Assembly (NCBI GenBank): GCA_031412355.1
Contig: JANOCR010000063.1
Span: forward strand, 1 to 63,759
Length of the DNA stretch: 63,759 nucleotides
From: Ilumatobacteraceae bacterium
GTDB taxonomy: Bacteria > Actinomycetota > Acidimicrobiia > Acidimicrobiales > Ilumatobacteraceae
Direction of reading: 5' to 3'
Under the pieces are notes generated by a model, which saw only the letters and a program-made list of their open reading frames with translations, made no database searches and was not told the origin of the DNA. Positions 33,951 through 43,400 of this stretch are shown here, in pieces (within the stretch, counting starts at the first letter, position 1; each line of letters starts with the position of its first letter). A program made the translations under genes and the position numbers.

Positions 33951-35963
33951 ATGCCCCGAATCGTCTTCACACCCTCCGGCCTGACCGGCGAGGTCGACAC
34001 CGGTACCACGGTGTTGAGCGCGGCGCGCCAGCTCGGCGTTGATCTCGATTCGGTGTGTGGCGGTCGCGGCATCTGCGGGCGGTGCCAGATCGAGCCGACG
34101 ACGGGATCATTCGCCAAGTGGGCGATCACCAGTGAAGCGACCGCCCTCTCGGATTGGTCGTCGGTCGAGGTGGACTACGAGACAAAGGGCAACGCCCGAC
34201 GCCCCCTTCGCGAAGGCCGGCGCCTGGGTTGCGCAGCGACGGTTCTCGCCAACGCGGTTGTTGCTGTTCCGTCGGAGAGCCAGGTCCACAAGCAGGTCGT
34301 GCGCAAGACCGTCGATCTCACCGGCCTGGTGATCGATCCCCAGTTCACCCTCGTCAACGTCGATGTGCCAAAGGCGGTGCTCGGGGATTCCGAGTCCGTC
34401 ACAGAACTGATCGGCGAAGCCGTCGTGCGTACCCACAGTGTCGAGGTGCGAAACTGGAGCACCACCGTGCTGCGCGCCGCTCACAAGGCCGCCGCGAACG
34501 ACCACGGTTCTGTCACCATCGCCATCGACCGCGACGGGTTGGCCGTTGCCATCTGGCCCGGGTTCGTCGACACCGTTCTCGGCGTCGCGATCGACGTCGG
34601 TTCGACGACCGTCGCCGGCCATCTGTGTGACCTGTCGACCGGCGAGGTGTTGGCCACTGCGGGCATCATGAATCCGCAGATCCGCTTCGGCGAGGACCTG
34701 ATGAGCCGAGTGTCGTACGTGATGATGAATCCCGGCGGCGACAAGGAGCTGACGGCGTGCATTCGCGCAGCACTGAACGACCTGATCGCCGATCTCCTTC
34801 GACAGGCAGACTCGCCTGCCGACGAATTGCTCGACATCGTGATCGTCGGCAACCCGATCATGCATCACATCGTGTTGGGCATCGACCCAACACCGTTGGG
34901 CCAGGCCCCGTTTACCCTCGCCAGCGCCATGGCAATCCGCACGGCGGCGACCGACATCGGTCTCGGGTTCCCAACGGCACGTGCCTTCGTGGGCCCGTGC
35001 ATCGCCGGCCACGTCGGCGCCGACACGACGGCTGCGATGCTGGCCGAGGGCCCGCACCGCGGTGAGCAGTGGCAACTACTGGTCGACGTCGGCACCAACG
35101 CGGAGATCGTGCTCGGCTGTGCCTCGCGTCAGTTCGCTGCTTCGAGCCCGACCGGCCCAGCCTTCGAGGGCGCCCAGATCTCGTGCGGCCAGCGCGCTAC
35201 TGCAGGAGCCATTGAGCGCGTGCGCATCGACCGGGCGACACTTGCCCCGCGATTCAAGGTCATCGGATGCGATCTGTGGAGCGACGACCCCGGCTTCGCT
35301 GCGGCCACCGAGGATCTGACGATCAGCGGCGTGTGCGGTTCGGGAATCATCGAAGTTGTGGGCGAGATGTTCCTTGCGGGCGTGATCGACACCGAAGGGG
35401 TCGTGCGCGGCGAGGCCGCCGCCACCTGCGAGCACATCGTGGCCGACGACCGCACATTTCGGTATGTGCTGCATCGCACCGAGACGATCGAACTGTCGAT
35501 CACGCAGAACGATGTGCGCGCGATTCAACTGGCCAAGGCCGCGTTGCGCGCCGGAATCGATCTCCTGATGGGGCACGCGGGTGTCGACTCGCTCGACGAC
35601 ATGCGCCTGGCCGGCGCGTTCGGTGCGCACATCGATCCGCTCTACGCCCTCGTGCTCGGCTTGGTGCCCGATGCGCCGGTCGGCGCTGTTCGTTCCGTCG
35701 GCAACGCCGCCGGTGCCGGTGCGGTGAGGGCGCTGCTGTCGATGCAAGCGCGAGCCGAAATGGAAGCGGCAGCGCGCGCCGTGGTGAAGATCGAGACGGC
35801 CACAGAACCGCAGTTCCAAGAGTTGTTCGTGGCGGCGATGGCGTTCCCGCACGCCACCGCGCCCTCGCCGCACCTCGGCGCGATCGTCACGCTTCCCGAA
35901 CGAATCTCATCTGTCGATGCCGCAGGGGGCCGTCGACGCCGCAGACAGGAGAACAGGTCATGA
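33951..35963 (+). CDS. corrinoid reductive activation protein (N-terminal 2Fe-2S ferredoxin + ASKHA ATPase, RACo/RamA-like)
   Basis: The N-terminus is plant-type ferredoxin-like, with the Cys cluster SVCGGRGICGRCQIE. The C-terminus has ASKHA motifs (GVAIDVGSTTV, LLVDVGTNAEIV, VGNAAGAGA). Confidence 0.8.
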   Translation: MPRIVFTPSGLTGEVDTGTTVLSAARQLGVDLDSVCGGRGICGRCQIEPTTGSFAKWAITSEATALSDWSSVEVDYETKGNARRPLREGRRLGCAATVLANAVVAVPSESQVHKQVVRKTVDLTGLVIDPQFTLVNVDVPKAVLGDSESVTELIGEAVVRTHSVEVRNWSTTVLRAAHKAAANDHGSVTIAIDRDGLAVAIWPGFVDTVLGVAIDVGSTTVAGHLCDLSTGEVLATAGIMNPQIRFGEDLMSRVSYVMMNPGGDKELTACIRAALNDLIADLLRQADSPADELLDIVIVGNPIMHHIVLGIDPTPLGQAPFTLASAMAIRTAATDIGLGFPTARAFVGPCIAGHVGADTTAAMLAEGPHRGEQWQLLVDVGTNAEIVLGCASRQFAASSPTGPAFEGAQISCGQRATAGAIERVRIDRATLAPRFKVIGCDLWSDDPGFAAATEDLTISGVCGSGIIEVVGEMFLAGVIDTEGVVRGEAAATCEHIVADDRTFRYVLHRTETIELSITQNDVRAIQLAKAALRAGIDLLMGHAGVDSLDDMRLAGAFGAHIDPLYALVLGLVPDAPVGAVRSVGNAAGAGAVRALLSMQARAEMEAAARAVVKIETATEPQFQELFVAAMAFPHATAPSPHLGAIVTLPERISSVDAAGGRRRRRQENRS

Positions 35964-37528
35964 CATCCACCGAAGCTGGCTCGGATCACAGTGCCGAAGC
36001 CGGAACAGGCCGGCGCAGCGGGGGACGCGCCGGACGGCAGGCGTTACGCGCCTCGCACGTCGTCGAGGCCGACACGTACCTGACGCGCACCATGAAGCCG
36101 TTCGAGATCGTCAGTGACGAGGGTCTCGAGATCATCGAACGCAACGCCGAAACGATCCTCGAAGAAGTAGGCGTCGAGATCCGCGACTACCCGTCGGCGC
36201 TGAAGGTGTTCGCCGACGCCGGCGCGTCGGTCGACGGCACGCGCGTGCACTTTCCGCGCGGCATGTGCCGCCAGATCGTGCAAGCCACGGCGCCACGCGA
36301 GTACATCCAGCACGCTCGCAACCCGCTGAAGAACGTGCGCATCGGTGGCGATGCCACAGTGTTTGCTCCCAACTACGGCTCGCCGTTCGCCTACGACATC
36401 GACAACGGGCGGCGCTACGCGACGATCGAAGACTTCCGCAACTTCGTGAAGCTCACGTACCAGTCGCTGTACCTGCACCACAGTGGCGGCACGGTGTGTG
36501 AGCCCGTCGACATCCCGGTCAGCAAACGCCATCTCGACATGGTGTTCACCCATCTGCGTTACAGCGACAAGCCCTTCATGGGCTCTGTCACGGCGGCCAC
36601 CAGGGCGCAGGACTCGGTCGACATGGCGGCCATCGCCTTCGGAGGCGACCTCGCCGACCGCACCGTGATCACCAGCCTGATCAACGCGTCATCCCCCTTG
36701 GTGTGGGACGGCACGATGCTCGGTTCGGCCGAGGTTTACGCCCGCAACAACCAGGCGTGCATCATCACGCCGTTCATCCTGGCCGGAGCGATGGCGCCCA
36801 CCACCTCTGCGGGCGTGGCAGCGCAGACCTTGGCCGAGTCGCTGGCGGGCATGACGTTCACACAGTTGATCCGCCCCGGCGCTCCGGTGATCTTCGGGTC
36901 ATTCGCGTCCTCGATGTCGATGCAGACAGGTGCGCCGACGTTCGGCACGCCAGAGCCGGCGATCGTGCTGTACACGATCGCCGCACTGGCTAGGCGCCTG
37001 GGTGTGCCGTTCCGCAGCGGCGGGTCGCTGACCGCGTCCAAGATCCCCGACGCCCAAGCCGCGTACGAGAGCGCGGCAACGCTGCTGCCCACCGTGCTCG
37101 GCGGCACGAACTTCGTGCTGCACGCCGCCGGCTGGCAAGAGGGTGGCCTGTCGATCGGCTACGAGAAGTTCATCATGGACGAGGACCAGTGCGGGATGAT
37201 GGCTACGTTCGTCAAGGGGCTCGACCTCTCCGAGAACGGCCAGGCGATCGATGCCATTCGCGACAACGGGCCCGGGCAGCACTTCCTAGGCACGGCGCAC
37301 ACCTTCGCCAACTTCGAGACCGCGTTCTATCGAAGCAACGTCGCCGACAATTCCAGCTTCGAGCAGTGGGCCGAGGACGGAGCAACCGATGCGCCAACCC
37401 GCGCCAACGCGGTGTGGAAGAAGCGCCTCGCCGAGTACGAGATGCCGCCGATGGACGATGCAATCGTCGAGGAGTTGAACGAGTTCGTAGATCGCCGCAA
37501 ACAGGAGTTGCCCGATGAGTTCGCATGA
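35960..37528 (+). CDS. MttB-superfamily (trimethylamine methyltransferase family) methyltransferase, non-pyrrolysine type; substrate unknown
   Basis: 522 aa. It has an Arg/Gly-rich N-terminus followed by EGLEIIERNAETILEEVG and PFILAGAMAPTT, GAPTFGTPE, AGWQEGGL blocks. There is no in-frame TAG. The ATG overlaps the upstream stop (ATGA). Confidence 0.85.
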   Translation: MTSTEAGSDHSAEAGTGRRSGGRAGRQALRASHVVEADTYLTRTMKPFEIVSDEGLEIIERNAETILEEVGVEIRDYPSALKVFADAGASVDGTRVHFPRGMCRQIVQATAPREYIQHARNPLKNVRIGGDATVFAPNYGSPFAYDIDNGRRYATIEDFRNFVKLTYQSLYLHHSGGTVCEPVDIPVSKRHLDMVFTHLRYSDKPFMGSVTAATRAQDSVDMAAIAFGGDLADRTVITSLINASSPLVWDGTMLGSAEVYARNNQACIITPFILAGAMAPTTSAGVAAQTLAESLAGMTFTQLIRPGAPVIFGSFASSMSMQTGAPTFGTPEPAIVLYTIAALARRLGVPFRSGGSLTASKIPDAQAAYESAATLLPTVLGGTNFVLHAAGWQEGGLSIGYEKFIMDEDQCGMMATFVKGLDLSENGQAIDAIRDNGPGQHFLGTAHTFANFETAFYRSNVADNSSFEQWAEDGATDAPTRANAVWKKRLAEYEMPPMDDAIVEELNEFVDRRKQELPDEFA

Positions 37529-38348
37529 TGCCCGCCGTCGCCTGATCGAGAACGCTCGCTACGAGCTGGTCCCGCTCAAGTCGCTGCACGACCACATCCC
37601 GCATCTGCCAACGGGCTGTTCGGTCTCGGTCACGTGTTCGCCGACGAAAGGAATCGAGCCGACCCTCGAGCTCAGCGCCGAGCTCAACGGCGCCGGCCAC
37701 CACGCTGTGCCGCACATCGCCGCGCGCCTGGTCGAGGGCCGCGAACATGTCGAGAAGATCGCAGCTCGCCTCAACGAGCACGAAATCACCGAGATCTTCG
37801 TCGTCGGTGGCGACCCCGAGCCTGTCGGCCCCTACAGCGACGGCCTCTCACTGATCCGTGACTTGCTGCCGTTGTGTCAGACCGTTCGCACCCTCGGCGT
37901 GCCCGCATATCCCGATCACCACTCGGTCATTCCCGACGCGGCACTCGACGAGGCGCTGCTCGCCAAGCAGACACTGATCGCCGACCTCGGGTTGCAGGGC
38001 TTCGCCAGCACCCAGATGTGCTTCAACGCCAAGACGATCGAGCAGTGGCTGGTGCGACAACGAGAACGCGGCATGACGCTGCCGATCCATCTCGGCGTGC
38101 CCGGATCCGTGGATCGCACCCGACTGTTGAGCCTCGGTACTCGCCTCGGCATCGGCTCGTCGCTGAGGTATCTGCGGAAGAACTCGGGGGCCATCCTGCG
38201 CATGTTCTCGCCGGCCAGCTACGACCCCAACAAACTGATCACCCCGATCTCGCGCCGAGCGGACGAACTGAACATCACCGCACTGCACCTATTCACGTTC
38301 AACTCCATCGAGTCGACTGCGGAATGGCAACGCAAGTCGCTCTCCTGA
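37515..38348 (+). CDS. methylenetetrahydrofolate reductase-like protein
   Basis: ELVPLKS...VSVTCSP.KG...T...A..L...G....PHI.AR......H....A.L......EIFVVGGDP is MTHFR-fold-like. It overlaps the MttB gene by 14 nt. Confidence 0.7.
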   Translation: MSSHDARRRLIENARYELVPLKSLHDHIPHLPTGCSVSVTCSPTKGIEPTLELSAELNGAGHHAVPHIAARLVEGREHVEKIAARLNEHEITEIFVVGGDPEPVGPYSDGLSLIRDLLPLCQTVRTLGVPAYPDHHSVIPDAALDEALLAKQTLIADLGLQGFASTQMCFNAKTIEQWLVRQRERGMTLPIHLGVPGSVDRTRLLSLGTRLGIGSSLRYLRKNSGAILRMFSPASYDPNKLITPISRRADELNITALHLFTFNSIESTAEWQRKSLS

Positions 38349-38442
38349 GCCGGCCCGGCGTCCGCGGTATGGGTGCGTCCTGTGCCGTCCGTGGCGTGCT
38401 ATCGCTCCCAACGAGGCCATTGGCCCATCGGTAGGCTGGGTC

Positions 38443-40317
38443 ATGCACGTTGCTCGTGAGTTGATAGTCATCGTCACGGTCGTTGCCGCAATTGCCGGTG
38501 TGGCTCGCAAGTTCGGACGCACGGCGCCGCTGGTGTTGGTTGTCGCCGGAATCGCCGTGTCGTATCTGCCGGGTATCGACGACGTGACGGTCGAGCCCGA
38601 CCTGATCCTCGTCGGCATCCTGCCACCGCTGCTGTACGCAGCAGCGATCCGCACGTCGCTGGTCGACTTCCGCTCGAACGCTCGCCCAATCGGGCTGCTG
38701 TCCGTCGGGTATGTCGCGTTCACCACTGTGACCATCGGTTTCATCACATGGTGGTTGCTGCCGGTTCCGCTCGCGGCAGCGTTCGCGCTCGGCGCTGTCG
38801 TCGCCCCGCCCGACGCCGTCGCAGCAACCTCGATCGCCCGAAAGGTCGGGATGCCTCGCCGTGTGGTGACGATCCTCGAGGGCGAGAGCCTGGTCAACGA
38901 TGCGACGGCGATCGTCTGCTTGAGAACCGCTATCGCGGCGATGGCAGGGAGTGTCACGGCGTCGGAGATCGCGTTCGACTTCGCGCTCGCGGCGATCGGG
39001 GGCGTTGGTATCGGCTTCCTCGCCGCCTTCGTGATCGGTCACATCCGCACGCGCGTCGACGACACCGTGCTCGACACAACGATCTCACTCGTGTCTCCGT
39101 TTGTGGCATATCTCGCTGCGGAGGAGGTCCACGCGTCGGGAGTGCTCGCCGTAGTGGTGATGGGTCTACTGCTCGGGCACAAGGCGTATGTCATCCAGTC
39201 AGCTCCGTCACGGATGCTGGAACGCGGCAACTGGGCGACGGTGCAGTTCATCCTCGAGCACTCCGTCTTCTTCCTCATCGGGCTGCAAGCTCAGCGGATC
39301 ATCGACGACGTCGCCGATAGCACGCTCTCGGGCGCTCGAATCGCCGGGACGGCAGCTGCGGTGCTCGCTGCGGTCATGGTGCTCCGGTTCGTTTGGGTGT
39401 TCCCGGCGACATATCTGCCCCGCTGGTTGTCGCCGCGGCTCGCCGCGCGCGATCCCTCGCCACCATGGCAGGTTCCCACGGTCCTCAGTTGGGCAGGCAT
39501 GCGCGGCGTGGTCACGCTTGCCGCCGTGTTCCTCCTGCCCGACGACACGCCGAACCGCGAGACGCTGGTGTTGGTCGCCTTGGTCGTCGCAGCCGGGACA
39601 CTCCTGATCCAGGGACCAACGTTGCCCGTGCTCGTGCGCAAGCTGAACCTCGACGGGCCCAACGCCGCCCAAGACCTCCTCACCGAGGCCCTGCTCTACC
39701 AGAAGGCGGCGCGCGCCGGCCTCGCTGCGCTCGACAATGCCACCACCGGTGACGAAACGCCCAACGTGCTCGAACGACTACGCCAGAGCGGCCTCGAACG
39801 AGCCGATGCTGCCTGGGAAATACTCGGTCGCGACGGCGAGACCCCGAGCCAGACATACGCCCGGCTACGGGCGGTCATGCTCGACTCCGAGCGCGCCGCG
39901 GTGCTCGAAACCCGCGACGACGGAACCGCACCCGACGACGTGTTGAGCAAGGTGTTGGGCTCGCTCGACATCGAGGAAAGCGTGCTGCTCAATTTGCTCG
40001 GCGCCCAGCAAGTCGAACGCACGGGCGACCTCACGGCGGCCGAACTCGACACGCCCGGATGCCCGGACCTTCGCGAAGCCGCACACAACGACGTCCCCGA
40101 ACCGCGAACTCCAAGTGGTTGCGAGGAATGCATGCGCGACGGCACGCGGTGGGTGCACCTGCGCCTGTGCCTCAGCTGTGGACACGTCGGATGTTGCGAC
40201 TCATCGGAACACCGACACGCAGATCGTCACTTCCGCGACACCGCGCACCCCGTGATGCGCAGCTTCGAGCCCGACGAACTGTGGCGCTGGTGCTACATCC
40301 ATGAACAGGCGGGTTGA
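38443..40317 (+). CDS. Na+/H+ antiporter (CPA1/NhaP type) fused to a C-terminal UBP-type zinc finger
   Basis: It has about 12 TM segments with an ATDAV-like PPDAVAA motif and a cytoplasmic helical region. The C-terminus GCEECMRDGTRWVHLRLCLSCGHVGCCDSSEHRHADRHFRDTAHPV...WRWCY is a zf-UBP Cys/His pattern. Confidence 0.8.
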   Translation: MHVARELIVIVTVVAAIAGVARKFGRTAPLVLVVAGIAVSYLPGIDDVTVEPDLILVGILPPLLYAAAIRTSLVDFRSNARPIGLLSVGYVAFTTVTIGFITWWLLPVPLAAAFALGAVVAPPDAVAATSIARKVGMPRRVVTILEGESLVNDATAIVCLRTAIAAMAGSVTASEIAFDFALAAIGGVGIGFLAAFVIGHIRTRVDDTVLDTTISLVSPFVAYLAAEEVHASGVLAVVVMGLLLGHKAYVIQSAPSRMLERGNWATVQFILEHSVFFLIGLQAQRIIDDVADSTLSGARIAGTAAAVLAAVMVLRFVWVFPATYLPRWLSPRLAARDPSPPWQVPTVLSWAGMRGVVTLAAVFLLPDDTPNRETLVLVALVVAAGTLLIQGPTLPVLVRKLNLDGPNAAQDLLTEALLYQKAARAGLAALDNATTGDETPNVLERLRQSGLERADAAWEILGRDGETPSQTYARLRAVMLDSERAAVLETRDDGTAPDDVLSKVLGSLDIEESVLLNLLGAQQVERTGDLTAAELDTPGCPDLREAAHNDVPEPRTPSGCEECMRDGTRWVHLRLCLSCGHVGCCDSSEHRHADRHFRDTAHPVMRSFEPDELWRWCYIHEQAG

Positions 40318-40426
40318 GCAGGCCGTTCCGGGGTAGTAGTACCAATGGCCAATTGATTCACCGGACCAATAGTCGTGAACTGGGTCGAAGCGCGGCGATG
40401 TGCACCGAGCTCCCAAAGGGTCCGCC

Positions 40427-43400
40427 ATGAAGCGAAGCAACCGGTTCTTCAGGAAAGCAGCCGCGTCGATGCTCGTCATCATCGTCGCGCTGCCCGCAGT
40501 CGATGGATTCGAGGGGGTCGCGGTCGCCGCGCCGCCCCCGGCACCCGCACTCGTGGGGCCAGCCAACGGCGCCAGTGTGACGATCCCATTCGCGATCTCG
40601 TGGGCGCAGGTGACCGGTGCCGGAGGGTACAACTGGGAGATCAGCCTGACGTCGGACTTCACGTCAGTCCTCGAACGAAACCTGTCGCTGCTCGTCGGCG
40701 GGGCAACGACTCAAGACGTCATCAGCGGCCTGCCGAACGGCACGTATTTCTGGCGTATCCAGGGCGTCAGCCCCAACCTCGAGCCGGGGGCCTGGTCGTC
40801 GCCGCGCAGTTTCACCGTCACGGGGGCAGGTCCCGGCGTCCCGGGCGTCGCCGTTCTCAACCCTCCGCTCAACGCCACCCAGTTCCACTCGTGGGAGAAC
40901 ATCACCTTCACCTGGAGCGCCGTGCCCGGCGCCGTCAGCTACATCCTCCAGGAATCGATCGACCCCACCTTCCCCGTCGACACGAGGGTGCGGCAGGTCA
41001 ACATTCCGGGGCCAACCGAGGTCATCTCGTTCAACCCCAGCATCCAAGGCAACTTCAAGGCACGTGTCATCGCCGTCGGCCCCAGCGGCCTGATGGGAAC
41101 CCCGTCCAACGTTGTCGACTTCAGCGTGCTCGACAGCAACCCGTTCCCGGCCGCGCCGACGCTGACTGCCCCGAGCAACGGTGCATCACAACAGTTGCCC
41201 GTGACCCTCTCGTGGACGCACGTGCCAAACCACCAAGAGCTCGGCTACCAGCTCCAGATCGCGACGAACTCCTCGTTCACCTCGATCGAGGCGTCAATCG
41301 GGGTCTCGGAGAATTCGAAAATCGTGTCGGCACTCACGCCGGGTGCGAAGTTCTGGCGAGTGCGCTCGCAGCACGGCTACATCGGCAGCGACCCTGCGTA
41401 CACCGCCTTCTCGGCGACCGGAACGTTCACGGTGCTGGCTACTTCGCTCCGGATGGGTGCCGTCATCTTCCCGTCGACCAAGTTCAGCGGTGGAGAAGCC
41501 CGCGGCGCGGTGGAGCTCACCGGCAACGCGCCGGCGGGAGGCGCCACGGTCACGCTGACGACCGACCGACCGGATCTGCTTCCCGAGCTGCCGAGTTCGC
41601 GAGTGGTGCCCGAGGGCACCTCGTCGATCGGCGTGCTCATCGCGCCGACTGGGTTCCCGAACTCGCTCCGCGGGATGCGTGTAGGTTTCGTCACCACGCC
41701 GACAACGGTGACAGTGACAGCGACCTACAACGGAACGTCCGTATCCACCACGATCACGATCGTGCCTCCGAAGCTGAACGACACCCCGCTCCAGTTGTTC
41801 CCGGTCAAGGCGACCGGCGGAGCGGACATGTTGGGGATCGTCGACCTGGAGATCGGCTGCTTCGCCGGGTTCTGCGACGGTCTGGCTCCCCCGGGAGGCT
41901 TCGTGGTGAACCTGTCCAGTTCGTCCCCTGCCGCGGTAGTGCCGGCGACTATGACCATTCCCGCCGGTGCGGGTGGCGACCAGTTCCCGATCCAGACAAA
42001 CCCGGTCTCGACCGACACCACCGTAACCATCACCGCAGCCGCCGGCGGTGCCACCGCCAACTGGTACATCACACTCACACCGTCGCCCGCGCCTGACTCG
42101 CTCACGCTGGATCCGATCGAAACCGACAACGGCTCGCGAGGGATCGCCAGGATTCCTCTGTCCTCGATGCGCGGGCACGATCAGCTGTTGCGGTTGACCA
42201 GCAGCAACCCGGCGGTCGCCGCGGTGCCAGAATTCGCCACCGTGCCGGCCTCGACGGAGGCCGCAATCTTCTTCATCACCACGAGCACCGTGACCACTCG
42301 AACCGTGGTCACGATCTCGGTGACGGGCGGCGGCGTCACTCGCTCGGTTGACCTCGTCGTTCATCCCAGCCTGCCGGCGCTGACCGGTTTTTCCGTCAGC
42401 CCCAGCAGCGTGCCGGGCGGAACATCGGCCACCGGTACCGTCACACTGGCTAGCGCGGCGCCGGCTGGCGGGGTGTCTGTCAGCTTGAGCAGCAACCTGC
42501 CGGGCTCCGCAAGCGTTCCGCCGACCGTCACCGTACCGGCGGGCGCAACGAGCGCGTCGTTCACGGTGACCACGTTCCCGGTCGACAACACGACCGTCCA
42601 ACTCGTCGCAACCCTCGGCAGCACGACTCTCTTCGCCGCGCTCGGCATCACACAGGCTTCGTCCACAACCCTTTCGTCGCTGACGCTCAGCCCGAGCACC
42701 GTCGTGGGAGGCTCGTCGTCGACCGGCACCGTCACTCTCAGCGCCGCCGCGCCGTCGGGTGGCGCAGTCGTGGCACTATCCGACAACTCCGCTTCGGCCA
42801 CCGTGCCCGCCAGCGTCACCATCAGCGCCGGGGCCACGAGCCGAACCTTCACGGTGACGACTTCGACGGTCTCGATCACGACCGCGGTAAGTGTCTCGGG
42901 CTCGTACGGCGGCGCCACGAGAAGCGCCACCTTGACGATCAACCCGCTTGCCGCGCCCACGCTGCAGAGCCCCTCCAACGGGGCAACAGGCGTGGCCCAG
43001 CCGGTGGCGTTCAACTGGACCGATGTCGCCAACGCGGTGGACTACGAGATCCAGATCGACAACACCTCCACCATCTCCGCACCATTCGTCGCCAACCAGA
43101 CCGTCAACGTGTCGCAAGCCTCGATCGGCGGCCTTCCGGCTCAGCAACTGTGGTGGCGGGTACGGGCCCGCAACGCCGCCGGCGTGTTCGGCCCGTTCTC
43201 GTCGACCAGGCGGTTCACGCCCGTCGCCACGACGACCACGCCAAGCCTGTCGACGGTTGCTGTCTCACCCACCAGCGTCGTGGGCGGTGCAAGCGCCACG
43301 GGCACCGTCACGCTGACTGCTGCCGCACCAACTGGCGGTGCGGTCGTCGCCCTGACCAGTTCCAACACCGTGGCGGCCGTCCCGGCCAGCGTCACCGTGG

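Noticed and set aside
35960-37528. Possible pyrrolysine (in-frame amber) in the MttB-family genes, also 46147..47688
   Set aside because: Both reading frames are uninterrupted. No in-frame TAG is present and no pyl genes are seen, so these are non-Pyl family members.
40375-42096. 573-aa and other long alternate-frame ORFs within the giant repeat gene (for example 41294..42601 minus, 43150..43857 plus)
   Set aside because: These are alternate frames of a repetitive GC-rich gene. Their products are Arg/Gly/His-rich and lack the signal peptide and module periodicity seen in the chosen frame.
42371-42388. LPALTG in the giant repeat protein as a sortase sorting signal
   Set aside because: It lies internally at a module boundary, about 570 residues before the C-terminus. 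It is not followed by a hydrophobic segment and basic tail.
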